From Ignavibacteriota bacterium (lineage in GTDB: Bacteria > Bacteroidota > Ignavibacteria > UBA10030), in contig OY969585.1 of assembly GCA_963701295.1 (NCBI GenBank), forward strand, positions 3,360,001 to 3,424,000: DNA of 64,000 bases. The letters are read 5' to 3'. The first letter of the stretch is position 1, and each line of letters begins with the position of its first letter. Shown here piece after piece: positions 21,173-31,380 of this stretch. Both the position numbers and the translations under genes were made by a program. The notes below the pieces were generated by a model. The model searched no databases. It was given only the letters and a program-made list of their open reading frames with translations, and was not told the DNA's origin.

Positions 21173-22728
21173 CCTTTTTGATTTGTCCTATGCCAACCCG
21201 TTCCATCTTTTTTATCTTCTAAGATTATACCAACCGACTTTAATTCATCGCGGATTTTGTCTGAAAGCAACCACAGCTTGTTTTCACGTATTTCTTTTCG
21301 AGTTTCAATAAGTAAGTTAATAAGCTTTGAACTAACCGAGTCGTCAAAAACGTTTTGAGCCTTAAAGCCCAATCCTTCTAAGAATTCCATTATTTTCTCA
21401 TTTTGCTTTTGCGGTTCATCTATTCTTTGAGCTTTTTTCAATAATTCTATTGATTCAGAGAGTTTATTTGATTTGGATGCTTGTGGAGAAATACCAAGAA
21501 TATCTTCATATTCCAATAGAAAAAATAACAAGTCCAACAATGAACTAGCTGATTTGGATTCTTTCGTCGCTAAATAGGTATTTGTTGCCGATACAAATTC
21601 TTGTAGAACTGCAATTGCTTGAGGAGTATTAAAATCGTCATTCATTGCCTCTTCAAATCTATTTTGATAATCTTCTATACCAACAAAACTAACACTTCCA
21701 TTTTTCCTCTTCTCGATTTCTTCGCCTAATCTGTTACGGACATTCTTTATTCTTTCGAATCCTTTTTCGGAAGCTTCAAGCGCCTGTTCACTGAAATCTA
21801 ATGTACTGCGATAATGACTTTGCAAGATAAAAAATCTCACAACCAGCGGGTCATATTTCTTGAACGCATCTTTCAGTGTCACAAAATTGCCGAGTGACTT
21901 CGACATCTTTTTTCCGTTCACCGTTACAAGATTGTTGTGAATCCAGTATTTCACAAACGGTTTTCCAGTAGCGGCTTCACTTTGAGCAATCTCACATTCA
22001 TGATGCGGAAACTGGTTATCCATTCCGCCGCCGTGGATATCGAATGTTTCGCCAAGATACTTCATGGACATTGCTGAACACTCGATGTGCCAACCGGGAA
22101 AACCCTCGCCCCAGGGGCTTAGCCAATGCATAATATGTCCGCTTTCAGCTTTTTTCCATAATGCAAAATCTGCCGGATGGCGTTTCTCAGAACGCGATTC
22201 CACTCGTGTACCTTCCACTGCTTCATCCAAAACCCTTCCTGAAAGTTTTCCATACTTTTTAAATTTCTGCACATCATAATACACGGAACCATTCACTTCA
22301 TATGCGAAACCCTTTGCAAGAAGCTGTTTCACCATTTCGATTTGTTCAATAATATGTCCCGATGCACGAGGAGAAATATCCGGACGCAACACACCTAATT
22401 TATCCATGTCGTCAAAGTAGCTGCGTGTAATCGTTTCTGCAATTTGCATAGGATGGACTTTTTCAATTTTCGACTGCTTCAGCATCCTATCTTCGCCATC
22501 ATCTAATAAATGTCCTACATCAGTGATATTCTGAATATATAATACTTTGTTGCCAAGATAACGCAAGTATCTGACAATCACATCAAAAGAGACATAGCTT
22601 TTACCATGACCAATATGCGAATCACTGTATACAGTGGGTCCGCAGACATACATGCCTACGAGTCCTTCATGAATCGGTTTGAATTCTTCTTTTTGTCGAG
22701 TGAGGGTATTGTAGATAACAAGGGCCAT
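21169..22728 (-). CDS. cysS: Cysteine--tRNA ligase
   Basis: [20 protein letters not shown] and KMSKS. Confidence 0.97.
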   Translation of the reverse strand: MALVIYNTLTRQKEEFKPIHEGLVGMYVCGPTVYSDSHIGHGKSYVSFDVIVRYLRYLGNKVLYIQNITDVGHLLDDGEDRMLKQSKIEKVHPMQIAETITRSYFDDMDKLGVLRPDISPRASGHIIEQIEMVKQLLAKGFAYEVNGSVYYDVQKFKKYGKLSGRVLDEAVEGTRVESRSEKRHPADFALWKKAESGHIMHWLSPWGEGFPGWHIECSAMSMKYLGETFDIHGGGMDNQFPHHECEIAQSEAATGKPFVKYWIHNNLVTVNGKKMSKSLGNFVTLKDAFKKYDPLVVRFFILQSHYRSTLDFSEQALEASEKGFERIKNVRNRLGEEIEKRKNGSVSFVGIEDYQNRFEEAMNDDFNTPQAIAVLQEFVSATNTYLATKESKSASSLLDLLFFLLEYEDILGISPQASKSNKLSESIELLKKAQRIDEPQKQNEKIMEFLEGLGFKAQNVFDDSVSSKLINLLIETRKEIRENKLWLLSDKIRDELKSVGIILEDKKDGTGWHRTNQKG

Positions 22729-22733
22729 AGCTG

Positions 22734-22768
22734 ATTAGGTCTCAGGTGTTAGGTTTTAGGGATTGGGT
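22734..22768. repeat. Heptamer tandem array, 5 units (left arm)
   Basis: attaggt ctcaggt gttaggt tttaggg attgggt. Confidence 0.75.
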
Positions 22769-23153
22769 TCGAAGCGACTTTCTTGTATTTCTTCCCGCTT
22801 CTTTCTCTTACGCTTGATATAAAGCTATTAAGCATTTTTTGTTCTTCGATGAGCAATTGAAGAATAAGAACCACTTTATTTTTTGAAATAAGGTTTACAT
22901 TTTCAGTAATTGTCAATTGAGTTTCAAGTTCATAAGTCGAGCCAATCGCAATCTCCAAAAATCTTTTAAAATCAGGTTCACTATTCCGGCTGCACCCTTC
23001 AGCAATATTTGAAGGGATAGAAACTGCTGCTCGCTGTAACTGAGTCTTCAATCCATATGTTTCATCCTTAGGCAATAAAGCCGTAAGCTCATAGACACGA
23101 ATGACAATATCCATTGCTTTTTGCCATACAGTAAGTTCTCGAAAATTTCTCAT
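22749..23153 (-). CDS. Four helix bundle protein (23S rRNA IVP-like family)
   Basis: FRELTVWQKA, LPKDETYGL, QLQRAAVSIPSNIAEG and GSTYELETQL; ATG at 23153. Confidence 0.93.
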   Translation of the reverse strand: MRNFRELTVWQKAMDIVIRVYELTALLPKDETYGLKTQLQRAAVSIPSNIAEGCSRNSEPDFKRFLEIAIGSTYELETQLTITENVNLISKNKVVLILQLLIEEQKMLNSFISSVRERSGKKYKKVASNPIPKT

Positions 23154-23166
23154 TCCAGTTCCTGTC

Positions 23167-23201
23167 ACCCAAAACCTAATACCTAAAACCTTTTACCCAA
23201 T
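23167..23201. repeat. Heptamer tandem array, 5 units (right arm, inverted relative to left)
   Basis: acccaaa acctaat acctaaa acctttt acccaat. Confidence 0.75.
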
Positions 23202-23205
23202 CCCT

Positions 23206-24957
23206 TCATTTCAATCCAATTAATTCTTTTGCCCCGCTCAGGCTTGCTTCTGTCACCTCTTCTCCGCTGAGGAGTCGTGCAACCTCTCTAATCCGTTCTT
23301 CTTCATTCAACTTGCGGATAGACGATGATGTACGATTCTTCGATTCTCTTTTCTCCACCGTAAAATGACAATCAGCAAATCCTGCAATCTGCGGCAAATG
23401 TGTGATAGAAATAACTTGATGAAACTGCGATAGGCTCTTGAGACTCTTTCCAACTACTTGAGCAATCCTTCCACTAATGCCGACATCTATTTCGTCAAAG
23501 ACAAGCAATGGCAGGCGGTCTGCTTTAGCAAGGATTGTTTTCAATGCAAGCATAATGCGCGAAATTTCACCGCCGGAAGCGACTTTCACTAATGGTTTTA
23601 CGTCTTCGCCGGCATTGGTTGAAAGATAGAATTCTACGAAGTCGATACCATTTGGTGCCGTTTCGTAATAATCACGTCCAAGTTTAACATATGCGTTGGC
23701 AGCTTCTCCATCGGATTTGCCCATTATACGATTCTCAATTTTTACATCGAATTGAGCATGAGCAATACCTAATTTTGCCAATTCCGTACATGCCGACTTA
23801 CCGATTTTGCTCACTAATTCCCGCCGTTTTGTCGAGAGGCGTTGTGCTGCAGCAGAACATATTTTCCGTTCAGATTCGATTTGTTCCTGTAACTTCTGAA
23901 TTTCATTTTCAAAATTTTCTGCCATTGCGAATTCTTTGCCGATTTTTTCCCGTTGATCGATTACCGTATCCAAAGAACCGCCATATTTCTTTTTAAGAAG
24001 TGTGATCTGACCTAACCGTTCCCGGATTTGCTCAAGCCGTTCTGGATTGAATTCTATTTTCGAATTATAGCTTTGAATAAACTTCGTCAACTCTCCAATG
24101 ATCGCCGCTGCAGAAGCACATTCATTTTTCGAATCCTCAAATGCCTTGTCAATTCCGGCAAGATCTTCCAATTGGTTCCGAGCCTTAACGAGAAGATCAT
24201 ACACCGACTGCCCGCTGATATTCTCTGCACCTTCGGGGTTGGGCTCGCCTTCATACAAAGACTGGTAGAGCTGAGATGTTGCTTCATAAAGTTTTTCTGC
24301 ATTCTCCAAAATTCGCAGTTCGTTTTCTAAATCCCCCTCTTCACCTCTCCGCGGATCAACAGCATCAATTTCTTTGATCTGGAATTCATACAGATCTCGT
24401 TTTTCCTTGAGTTCATTTTCTTTTCGAGTTAGCGCTCGGAATTCCGTGAAGAGCATCGTCAAACGATTATAGGATGTGCGATGTTCATCTGCTAGACCAT
24501 CAAGACTTCCGAATTCATCTAAAAGCCCGATATGTGTCTCCGATCGAAGCAAAGATTGATGTTCATGCTGGCCATGAAGATCAACAAGATGATCACCAAT
24601 TTCTTTTAAGATGTTCAGCGGAACCGGCGAATCATTCACAAAACATCGTGATTGGCCTTTCATAGAAACTTCTCTGCGGAGAATGAGGTCATCTTGCACT
24701 TCAATCTCATTTCGTTCGAGCAATATTTTTACTCTCTGATTTCCAGCAATTCCTAAAATTCCTTCAACGATGGCTTTCTCGCTTCCTTTTCGGACGACCT
24801 CGGCACTGGATCGATCACCGAGTATGAGACTGAGAGCATCGATGATGATAGATTTGCCTGCACCGGTCTCACCTGTGAGAATGTTGAGCCCGCTCTCAAA
24901 TTCGATATCCACAGATTCGATGAGAGCATAGTTTCGAATAGAGAGAGATTTAAGCAT
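23206..24957 (-). CDS. recN: DNA repair protein RecN
   Basis: LTGETGAGKS, HGQHEHQ, ASGGEISR and FDEID; start at MLKSL. Confidence 0.96.
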   Translation of the reverse strand: MLKSLSIRNYALIESVDIEFESGLNILTGETGAGKSIIIDALSLILGDRSSAEVVRKGSEKAIVEGILGIAGNQRVKILLERNEIEVQDDLILRREVSMKGQSRCFVNDSPVPLNILKEIGDHLVDLHGQHEHQSLLRSETHIGLLDEFGSLDGLADEHRTSYNRLTMLFTEFRALTRKENELKEKRDLYEFQIKEIDAVDPRRGEEGDLENELRILENAEKLYEATSQLYQSLYEGEPNPEGAENISGQSVYDLLVKARNQLEDLAGIDKAFEDSKNECASAAAIIGELTKFIQSYNSKIEFNPERLEQIRERLGQITLLKKKYGGSLDTVIDQREKIGKEFAMAENFENEIQKLQEQIESERKICSAAAQRLSTKRRELVSKIGKSACTELAKLGIAHAQFDVKIENRIMGKSDGEAANAYVKLGRDYYETAPNGIDFVEFYLSTNAGEDVKPLVKVASGGEISRIMLALKTILAKADRLPLLVFDEIDVGISGRIAQVVGKSLKSLSQFHQVISITHLPQIAGFADCHFTVEKRESKNRTSSSIRKLNEEERIREVARLLSGEEVTEASLSGAKELIGLK

Positions 24958-25026
24958 GTCTACTTGCTCAAATGTAAGCAAAAAAGATGGAATTCCAATG
25001 AAGGAGGATGAGATACCGGTAATAAA

Positions 25027-25860
25027 TTAATTTCTTGATGGATTTCCCAATTCAAGATCAAAGTACCGAATTTCCGGCACATCCCCAATAACAGTATGGT
25101 AATATGCATATTGAATAAATTCTGTCAAGCTCTCTTCTTCACGTTTACCCAAGTCGTGGGAAAACGACGAGAGATACTGTGTTGTCTCTCCGATAGGAAG
25201 ATTTAGCTTCCGTGCAACTTCTTGAGCAATCTGTAATTGCAGAAGTACACCATTGTTCTTTGCAGTGAGTAAAGCTCTCGCTTCTTGTTCAGTCAGTTCT
25301 TCTTCACGTCCTACCCAGAAACCATGAACATACGGTAAATCGGTCAGATCATTCCACTCTTCGACAAGATCGAGTGTGAAGACACCCGATTTCTTATATG
25401 AATTTGGAATTTCATTCACCACCAATGCAGCATCTGCCTTTGCAAGCATTGCATCGATATCTGGCATCATCGGAACAAATTGGAGTTTTTGATGGGACGA
25501 GGAATCGCGATACTTTTCTTCCAGAATAATCTTCGCGAGAATTATTTCCGACGTAAAGCGAACATCAACTGCAATGCTATTGATGTCACGCAGATCCAAC
25601 TTCAAAATGAGTTGAATGGTGTTTGTTGGAACAGATGAGGCAACACAGATATTCGGTATGATGCAATATTCTGCTCCATGCCGTGCATAGTCGATAGGAG
25701 ATAAAAAAGCGTTCCGAATTCCTTCGGAACGCTGGCTGAGTTTCAATGCATTTTGTGCGGGTATGTCTACAACCAGATCAAACGGAGATTCCGTTCGATC
25801 TAAGCCAAACAAGAGCGGCTTCAGGTAGAGCGCATCGGACACTGCAAGCCGCGATTTCAT
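25027..25860 (-). CDS. mqnA: MqnA-like chorismate dehydratase (futalosine pathway)
   Basis: KPLLFGL, SPIDY, TS motif and DLVEEWNDLTDLPYV. Confidence 0.7.
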   Translation of the reverse strand: MKSRLAVSDALYLKPLLFGLDRTESPFDLVVDIPAQNALKLSQRSEGIRNAFLSPIDYARHGAEYCIIPNICVASSVPTNTIQLILKLDLRDINSIAVDVRFTSEIILAKIILEEKYRDSSSHQKLQFVPMMPDIDAMLAKADAALVVNEIPNSYKKSGVFTLDLVEEWNDLTDLPYVHGFWVGREEELTEQEARALLTAKNNGVLLQLQIAQEVARKLNLPIGETTQYLSSFSHDLGKREEESLTEFIQYAYYHTVIGDVPEIRYFDLELGNPSRN

Positions 25861-26201
25861 CAGGCATTCGTTTTTTGCGCAACTGCTTTTGTAGCGAGTT
25901 CGCGCACATAGTAAATCTTCGAACGGCGGGCTCTGCCGTCTTTTATCTTCTCGATTTTTGCAATTCGGGGGGAATGCAGTGGGAATATTCTTTCGACACC
26001 GACTCCGTCAGAAATTTTTCGGACGGTAAATGTCGCATTGATACCTGATCCGCGCTGTCCCATGACAATACCCTGGAATTCCTGGATGCGTTCTTTATCG
26101 CCCTCTTTCACCTTCACATGCACGTTCACGATGTCGCCTGATTTGAATTTTGGGACATCTGTTTTTAGTTGAGTTGCCTCAACAAGCTTCAACTTATCCA
26201 T
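25860..26201 (-). CDS. rplS: 50S ribosomal protein L19
   Basis: [16 protein letters not shown] and GVERIFP; operon context. Confidence 0.97.
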   Translation of the reverse strand: MDKLKLVEATQLKTDVPKFKSGDIVNVHVKVKEGDKERIQEFQGIVMGQRGSGINATFTVRKISDGVGVERIFPLHSPRIAKIEKIKDGRARRSKIYYVRELATKAVAQKTNA

Positions 26202-26260
26202 TGGTGTTTTACTCCGCTAAATCAATATATCGTGTATTTGTATTCTCTACTCTTCTTTAT

Positions 26261-26939
26261 TTATGGTGCGGAACTATCATCCCGTAACCGCCTTGTTCTT
26301 TGCTCACGCTGTTCTAAGCGCCATTTGTCAATTTCTTGATGATTTCCTGAAAGCAACACATCTGGAATGGTCATCCCACGATATTCTGCCGGTCGTGTGT
26401 ATTGAGGACAGCCAAGCATCCCATCCTGAAATGAATCGGTCAATGCTGACTCGCCATCATTCAAGACACCTGGGATAAGCCGTACAACTGCATCTACCAC
26501 AACCACTGCTGCCAACTCACCGCCTGTCAAAACATAATCGCCAATAGAAATCTCGCACGTAGCCAACGCTTCGCGTACTCGCTGATCAACGCCTTTATAA
26601 TGACCACACAACAATATGAGATTCTCTTTCAGCGATAACCGCGTTGCAATCTTCTGCGTGAACACTTCGCCATCGGCTGCAAGAAATATTGTTTCATCGT
26701 ACCTGACGTTGTGCCTTCAGGGCTTCAACACATTCAAAGAACGGTTCTGGTTTCAGCACCATCCCTGCGCCGCCGCCATAGGGCGCATCGTCAATGGTGT
26801 TGTGCTTATCGTGCGTGTATGCACGGAGATCGTGTACAACAATCTCAACAATCTCTTTATTCTGTGCCCGTTTCAGAATACTTTCCTGCAATGGGCTTTC
26901 CAACAGCTTCGGCAATCCTGTTAAAATATCGATGCGCAT
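26261..26939 (-). pseudogene. trmD: tRNA (guanine-N1)-methyltransferase, split by a one-base frameshift near 26702
   Basis: [11 protein letters not shown] in one frame; [21 protein letters not shown] and YTRP in the next; removing one G from CAGGTAC restores QRQYDETIFL. Confidence 0.85.
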
Positions 26940-27445
26940 CACTCAAGCAATCCTTCCAAAGCGTGGATAGTGATGCGTTTCATCTTTACATCTACCTTTC
27001 GAATGATCGCTTTGACTGCCGGAATTAAAAATTCCTTTGTGCCATTCCGAACAACCCATATATCATTTGCTGGAAGCGAAAGAAGATCAGCTACTCTTCC
27101 GACATTCATTTGCTCTTCAGTAACTACTTCACATCCGATCACATCGTCCATGAAGTAGCTCCCCGTACGGAGTTTTATTGTCTGCTCTTTCGGAACGAAT
27201 AGATATTTATTCCGAACCTCTTTTGCTTCATGCGGTGTCTCAATACCATTCAGACTGACAACAACCTGTTTGGTATCAATCCTCACTGCGAGAATATCCC
27301 ATTGTTCCACTCTCGCAGCATCGTGTCCCACCCACACCGACTGTAAACCTGCAAATCGCTGTTTGTCGTTTGTCAACGGAAGAACTTTCACCTCGCCCTG
27401 ACTACCGATCGATTTGGAGATCCTTCCAATCGCAATCAAATCCAT
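26939..27445 (-). CDS. rimM: Ribosome maturation factor RimM
   Basis: IGRI, GEVKV, ANDIWVV and LIPAV; operon context. Confidence 0.92.
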   Translation of the reverse strand: MDLIAIGRISKSIGSQGEVKVLPLTNDKQRFAGLQSVWVGHDAARVEQWDILAVRIDTKQVVVSLNGIETPHEAKEVRNKYLFVPKEQTIKLRTGSYFMDDVIGCEVVTEEQMNVGRVADLLSLPANDIWVVRNGTKEFLIPAVKAIIRKVDVKMKRITIHALEGLLE

Positions 27446-27499
27446 ACAAAATATCCCGCCATCCATCCCGGATTCAGGGCACTGAGCTCATCGAACTAC

Positions 27500-27730
27500 T
27501 TAGCCAATGATGTCCAAAACCGCTCGCTTGCCTTCTTTTGCAGCGACCGCTTTTAGGAGGACACGCAAAGAAGTCGCTGTTTGGCCGCGTCTACCAATAA
27601 CTTTTCCGATCTCTCCTTCAGCTACCTTGAGTTTGAAGATGTGCTTGTTTTCTTTTTCTTCTATCTCAATAGCGACGCTTTCCGGATGATCCACTAGATG
27701 TTTTACAACGAACTCTAGAAATTCCTTCAT
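27500..27730 (-). CDS. khpA: KH domain RNA-binding protein
   Basis: LVDHPE and GKVIGRRG; located between rpsP and rimM. Confidence 0.92.
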   Translation of the reverse strand: MKEFLEFVVKHLVDHPESVAIEIEEKENKHIFKLKVAEGEIGKVIGRRGQTATSLRVLLKAVAAKEGKRAVLDIIG

Positions 27731-27940
27731 CGTTCCACCTCGGTATCAGTTGCTCTCCAGGCGTTTGCAGGTTATCTTTACCTCTACGATCCCAGTGTAC
27801 AACCATTTCAATTGTGGAAACTACGTTAGTGCCTTGCTTCTGCCCTAACTGTGGATTAATAAACTGCTGTGGAAAAATCAGTTGTCAAAATCCGTTCGAT
27901 GGAAAAACCATCAAGTGTGTAGTCAGATTCGCTGACTGTA

Positions 27941-28363
27941 TTACGCAGCAGCCGGTGCTGGAACTGGAGTTTCTGCCTGGGGAACGGCTTTTTTCTTCCG
28001 TTCTGCTCGTCGTGATTTCCGGTCGGCTTCGCGCTTTGGTTTTTCAACCTGAAGCATATGCCAGCGTTCCATCACACTCTTCACCGTCGCCTCATCTTTG
28101 CCCTGGCGCGTGAGTGTCCAGTGCAGCCAAAAACCTGTACGCCTTAATAATGAACGTACTGTATCTGTCGGTTGTGCACCTTTGCGCAGCCAAAATTCAA
28201 TGCGCGGCTCTTTTAATGCTAAGGTGATAGGATTTGTGTGCGGATCGTATTGCCCGAGAGCTTCGAGATATCCACCATTGCGAGGAGAACGGGAATCTGT
28301 CGCCACCAACCTATAAATTGGATGCTTCTTCTTTCCCTCTCTCCGCATTCGAATTTTAACCAA
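27941..28363 (-). CDS. rpsP: 30S ribosomal protein S16 with C-terminal extension
   Basis: VKIRMRR, DSRSPRNG and GAQPTDTV. Confidence 0.96.
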   Translation of the reverse strand: MVKIRMRREGKKKHPIYRLVATDSRSPRNGGYLEALGQYDPHTNPITLALKEPRIEFWLRKGAQPTDTVRSLLRRTGFWLHWTLTRQGKDEATVKSVMERWHMLQVEKPKREADRKSRRAERKKKAVPQAETPVPAPAAA

Positions 28364-28425
28364 TGTTATTACTCCTGTGTTTTACTTGACTCAGTTATCA
28401 AAATAGTTATTTTCATAATCGATTG

Positions 28426-29754
28426 CTAATTCATTGGAAATTGCATGCCGTGCATGGCACGACGCATATTCCCTTTTTTAAGCCGTTTCATCATCTTTTG
28501 CATCTCATCGAACTGCTTCAACAGTCGGTTGACATCCTGCACCGTCGTACCACTTCCTAGTGAAATACGGCGTCTCCGATTTCCGTTGATCATTGATGGA
28601 TGCAACCGTTCTTCTGCAGTCATCGATTGAATAATCGCTTCAATACGTATAAGGCTCTTCTCGTCAATCTCGGCATTTGTCGGGAGTCGGTTCATTCCCG
28701 GAATCATCCCCATCACTTGACTGAGAGGTCCCATTTTCTTGACCTCCCGAAGTTGATCTAGAAAATCTTCAAAGGTGAATTGCGACTTCCGGAGCTTTTC
28801 CTCCATTTTGATCGCTTTTGCTTCGCCGAAATGTTCTTGCGCTTTCTCAACGAGTGTCACAATATCGCCCATACCGAGAATGCGGGACGCAATGCGATCT
28901 GGATAAAAGGGTTCCAGTGCGTCTAACTTTTCGCCGATACCGATGAATTTAATCGGTTTTTGAACTACTGCCCGTATCGAAAGTGCAGCACCACCGCGAC
29001 TATCACCATCAAGTTTTGTAAGAATAACGCCATCGAAATTCAAACGATCATGAAACGCTTTTGCCGTATGAACAGCATCCTGTCCAGTCATCGCATCGAC
29101 CACGAACAAAATTTCATGCGGCTGTGCTATATCACGAACTGCTTCCACTTCCTTCATCATCTCTTCATCGACATGTAAACGACCCGCCGTATCGATAATG
29201 ACTGTATCTCGAACATTCTTGCGTGCAAAGTCAATAGAGTTTTGTGCAATTTTCGCTGCTCCAACCCCGCGTTCCGCATATACTGGAATCTCTATTTGCC
29301 TTCCCAACATCTCCAATTGATCAATAGCAGCAGGCCGGTGAACATCTGCTCCAACGAGTAATGGAAATCGTCCTTTGCTTTTCAAATGATTCGCCAACTT
29401 CGCAGAGAACGTTGTCTTTCCTGATCCTTGTAATCCCGCCACCAAAATAACCGTCGGCGGAGCTTGCGCTGTTACAACATCTGCCTTCGACTCACCGAGC
29501 AGATTCACCATCTCATCATAAATAATCTTTATGATAAGTTGCCCCGGAGTAAAACTCGCGAGGACTTCCTGACCCACGGCACGCTTTTGAACATCTTCAA
29601 TGAATTGCTTAACAACCTTATAGTTCACATCTGCATCGAGCAAAGCACGGCGTACTTCGCGCAAAGATTCCTCAACATTCTGAGGCGTAATCTTTCCCTG
29701 TCCCCGAAGCTTTTTAAATGCCGTTTCTAACTTCTGGGTAAGGCTCTCAAACAT
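28426..29754 (-). CDS. ffh: Signal recognition particle protein
   Basis: GLQGSGKTT, DTAGR, TKLD and Met-rich M domain. Confidence 0.97.
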   Translation of the reverse strand: MFESLTQKLETAFKKLRGQGKITPQNVEESLREVRRALLDADVNYKVVKQFIEDVQKRAVGQEVLASFTPGQLIIKIIYDEMVNLLGESKADVVTAQAPPTVILVAGLQGSGKTTFSAKLANHLKSKGRFPLLVGADVHRPAAIDQLEMLGRQIEIPVYAERGVGAAKIAQNSIDFARKNVRDTVIIDTAGRLHVDEEMMKEVEAVRDIAQPHEILFVVDAMTGQDAVHTAKAFHDRLNFDGVILTKLDGDSRGGAALSIRAVVQKPIKFIGIGEKLDALEPFYPDRIASRILGMGDIVTLVEKAQEHFGEAKAIKMEEKLRKSQFTFEDFLDQLREVKKMGPLSQVMGMIPGMNRLPTNAEIDEKSLIRIEAIIQSMTAEERLHPSMINGNRRRRISLGSGTTVQDVNRLLKQFDEMQKMMKRLKKGNMRRAMHGMQFPMN

Positions 29755-29955
29755 TCGCTTTCCCTCGTCAATAGTACAACAAAACTTCTTTTGCCTCAGC
29801 GTTATTAAAACCGAGAGCGCCAGAAGTTCATACGAGTTTACTAACTAAAAAATAGCGAAAAAATGGGAGGCAATCAAGAAGTTATTTGGGATTTTCATCG
29901 CCGATGAGATAAAGATGCGATCGGCTTTTCCTTAAACTTTCTTATAGCCAAACGC

Positions 29956-31254
29956 TCAACCGAGCACGCGTACTACTTCTTGCAGTGTTGTTACGCCGGT
30001 GAGTGCTTTACGGACAGCATCCTGCCGAATTGCCTGGAATCCGCAATTAACGGCCTCTTGACGCATCTTCAGAATCGATTCTTTATTAATGATCAAATCG
30101 CGTAATATCGTGCTAATCGTAACGATTTCGCTGATGGCAGCCCGGCCTTTATAGCCAGTTCCAAAACAATTTTGACAACCACGACCGCGGAAAAGTTTGA
30201 GATCAGATGACCCCATTGGTGCACCGACCATTTGAAGTTCATCGGGTGAAAGCTGATATTCTTCCTTGCAATTGAGACAGATTCTTCGGATTAAAAGTTG
30301 ATAAACAATTCCAGCCAGTGATGATGCGAGCCAGTACGGGGGAATACCAAGGTTGTAAAGGCGATGAATAGCACCAATTGCATCATCAGCAAGCATAGTA
30401 CTGAGTACCAGATTTCCGGTCAGCGCAGCTTCCGCAGCCACGATACCGGTTTCTGCATCACGTATTTCACCAATCATAATGACGTTGGGATTCTGCCGAA
30501 GAATTGCTCTGAGTGCATCAATAAAATTAAATGATTTATCAGCCGGCAGGTGCACTTGACTGGCATATGGCAGACGAAACTCTACTGGGTCTTCAACGGT
30601 GATAACACATTTTTCCGGGGTCTGGACATGGTTTACCGAAGCATAGACGGTTGTTGATTTGCCGCTTGCGGACGGTCCAGTGACTAAAACCAATCCACGC
30701 GGACTTCGGAGCAATGTTCGCAATCTATCAAGATTCTCTTTACCATATCCAAGTTCGTCAAGCCGAGAGATGGTCGCCGTCTTCCTCCATAATCGTACCA
30801 AACATCGTTCGCCTGAAAGGACTGGAATTACATTAAGGCGAAAATCAAACGGTTCATTTCCATACACTGAAGAGAACCGTCCTTCCTGTGGTTTCTTTTT
30901 CTCAAATTGATTCAATGTTGCTTTTGTTTTCAAAATACTGATAATAGGCTCATTCATATCAGGTGAAAGAGATACAAGTCTCTTCAATGTTCCTTCATGC
31001 CCAAGGCGAATCTGGAGTTCACCTTCTATCGGTTCGAAATGGATATCTGTTGCACCACTTTGAATAGCTCGGATTAAGATTTCCTCGACGATTTGATCCG
31101 CTGTGGGCAACTTGCCCAGGCGAAACAACTCTCGAATTTTGTCTTTCGATAGAGATTTTATATCAAGCTGTTCGAGGGCAATCCGCTGTAGAACTTGCCC
31201 AGGTTGTCCAGGTATTTGACGCGGTGGTACGGGTTGTTGTGGTGTGACTGCCAT
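29956..31254 (-). CDS. GspE/PulE/PilB family secretion ATPase (orphan)
   Basis: ATDIHFEP, PQEGR, GPSASGKST, TVEDPVE, LRQNP, GEIRD and two CxxC pairs. Confidence 0.9.
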   Translation of the reverse strand: MAVTPQQPVPPRQIPGQPGQVLQRIALEQLDIKSLSKDKIRELFRLGKLPTADQIVEEILIRAIQSGATDIHFEPIEGELQIRLGHEGTLKRLVSLSPDMNEPIISILKTKATLNQFEKKKPQEGRFSSVYGNEPFDFRLNVIPVLSGERCLVRLWRKTATISRLDELGYGKENLDRLRTLLRSPRGLVLVTGPSASGKSTTVYASVNHVQTPEKCVITVEDPVEFRLPYASQVHLPADKSFNFIDALRAILRQNPNVIMIGEIRDAETGIVAAEAALTGNLVLSTMLADDAIGAIHRLYNLGIPPYWLASSLAGIVYQLLIRRICLNCKEEYQLSPDELQMVGAPMGSSDLKLFRGRGCQNCFGTGYKGRAAISEIVTISTILRDLIINKESILKMRQEAVNCGFQAIRQDAVRKALTGVTTLQEVVRVLG

Positions 31255-31380
31255 TGTTTTTCTCCACCAAAGTGACGGCTCAACGGTACTTTACACATTG
31301 AATTTTTTTCAATCTTCCTTCAATAGACCGCTTCTCAATTTCTCACGATGGTTTTTTGAATGGAGATTGTTTCTGCGTTC

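Noticed and set aside
22749-23153. Four-helix-bundle protein as Avd of a diversity-generating retroelement
   Set aside because: No reverse transcriptase and no template/variable repeat pair seen in the window
27735-27940. Long rpsP-khpA spacer with small hairpins and short ORFs
   Set aside because: No identifiable RNA motif; the ORFs look like shadows of rpsP
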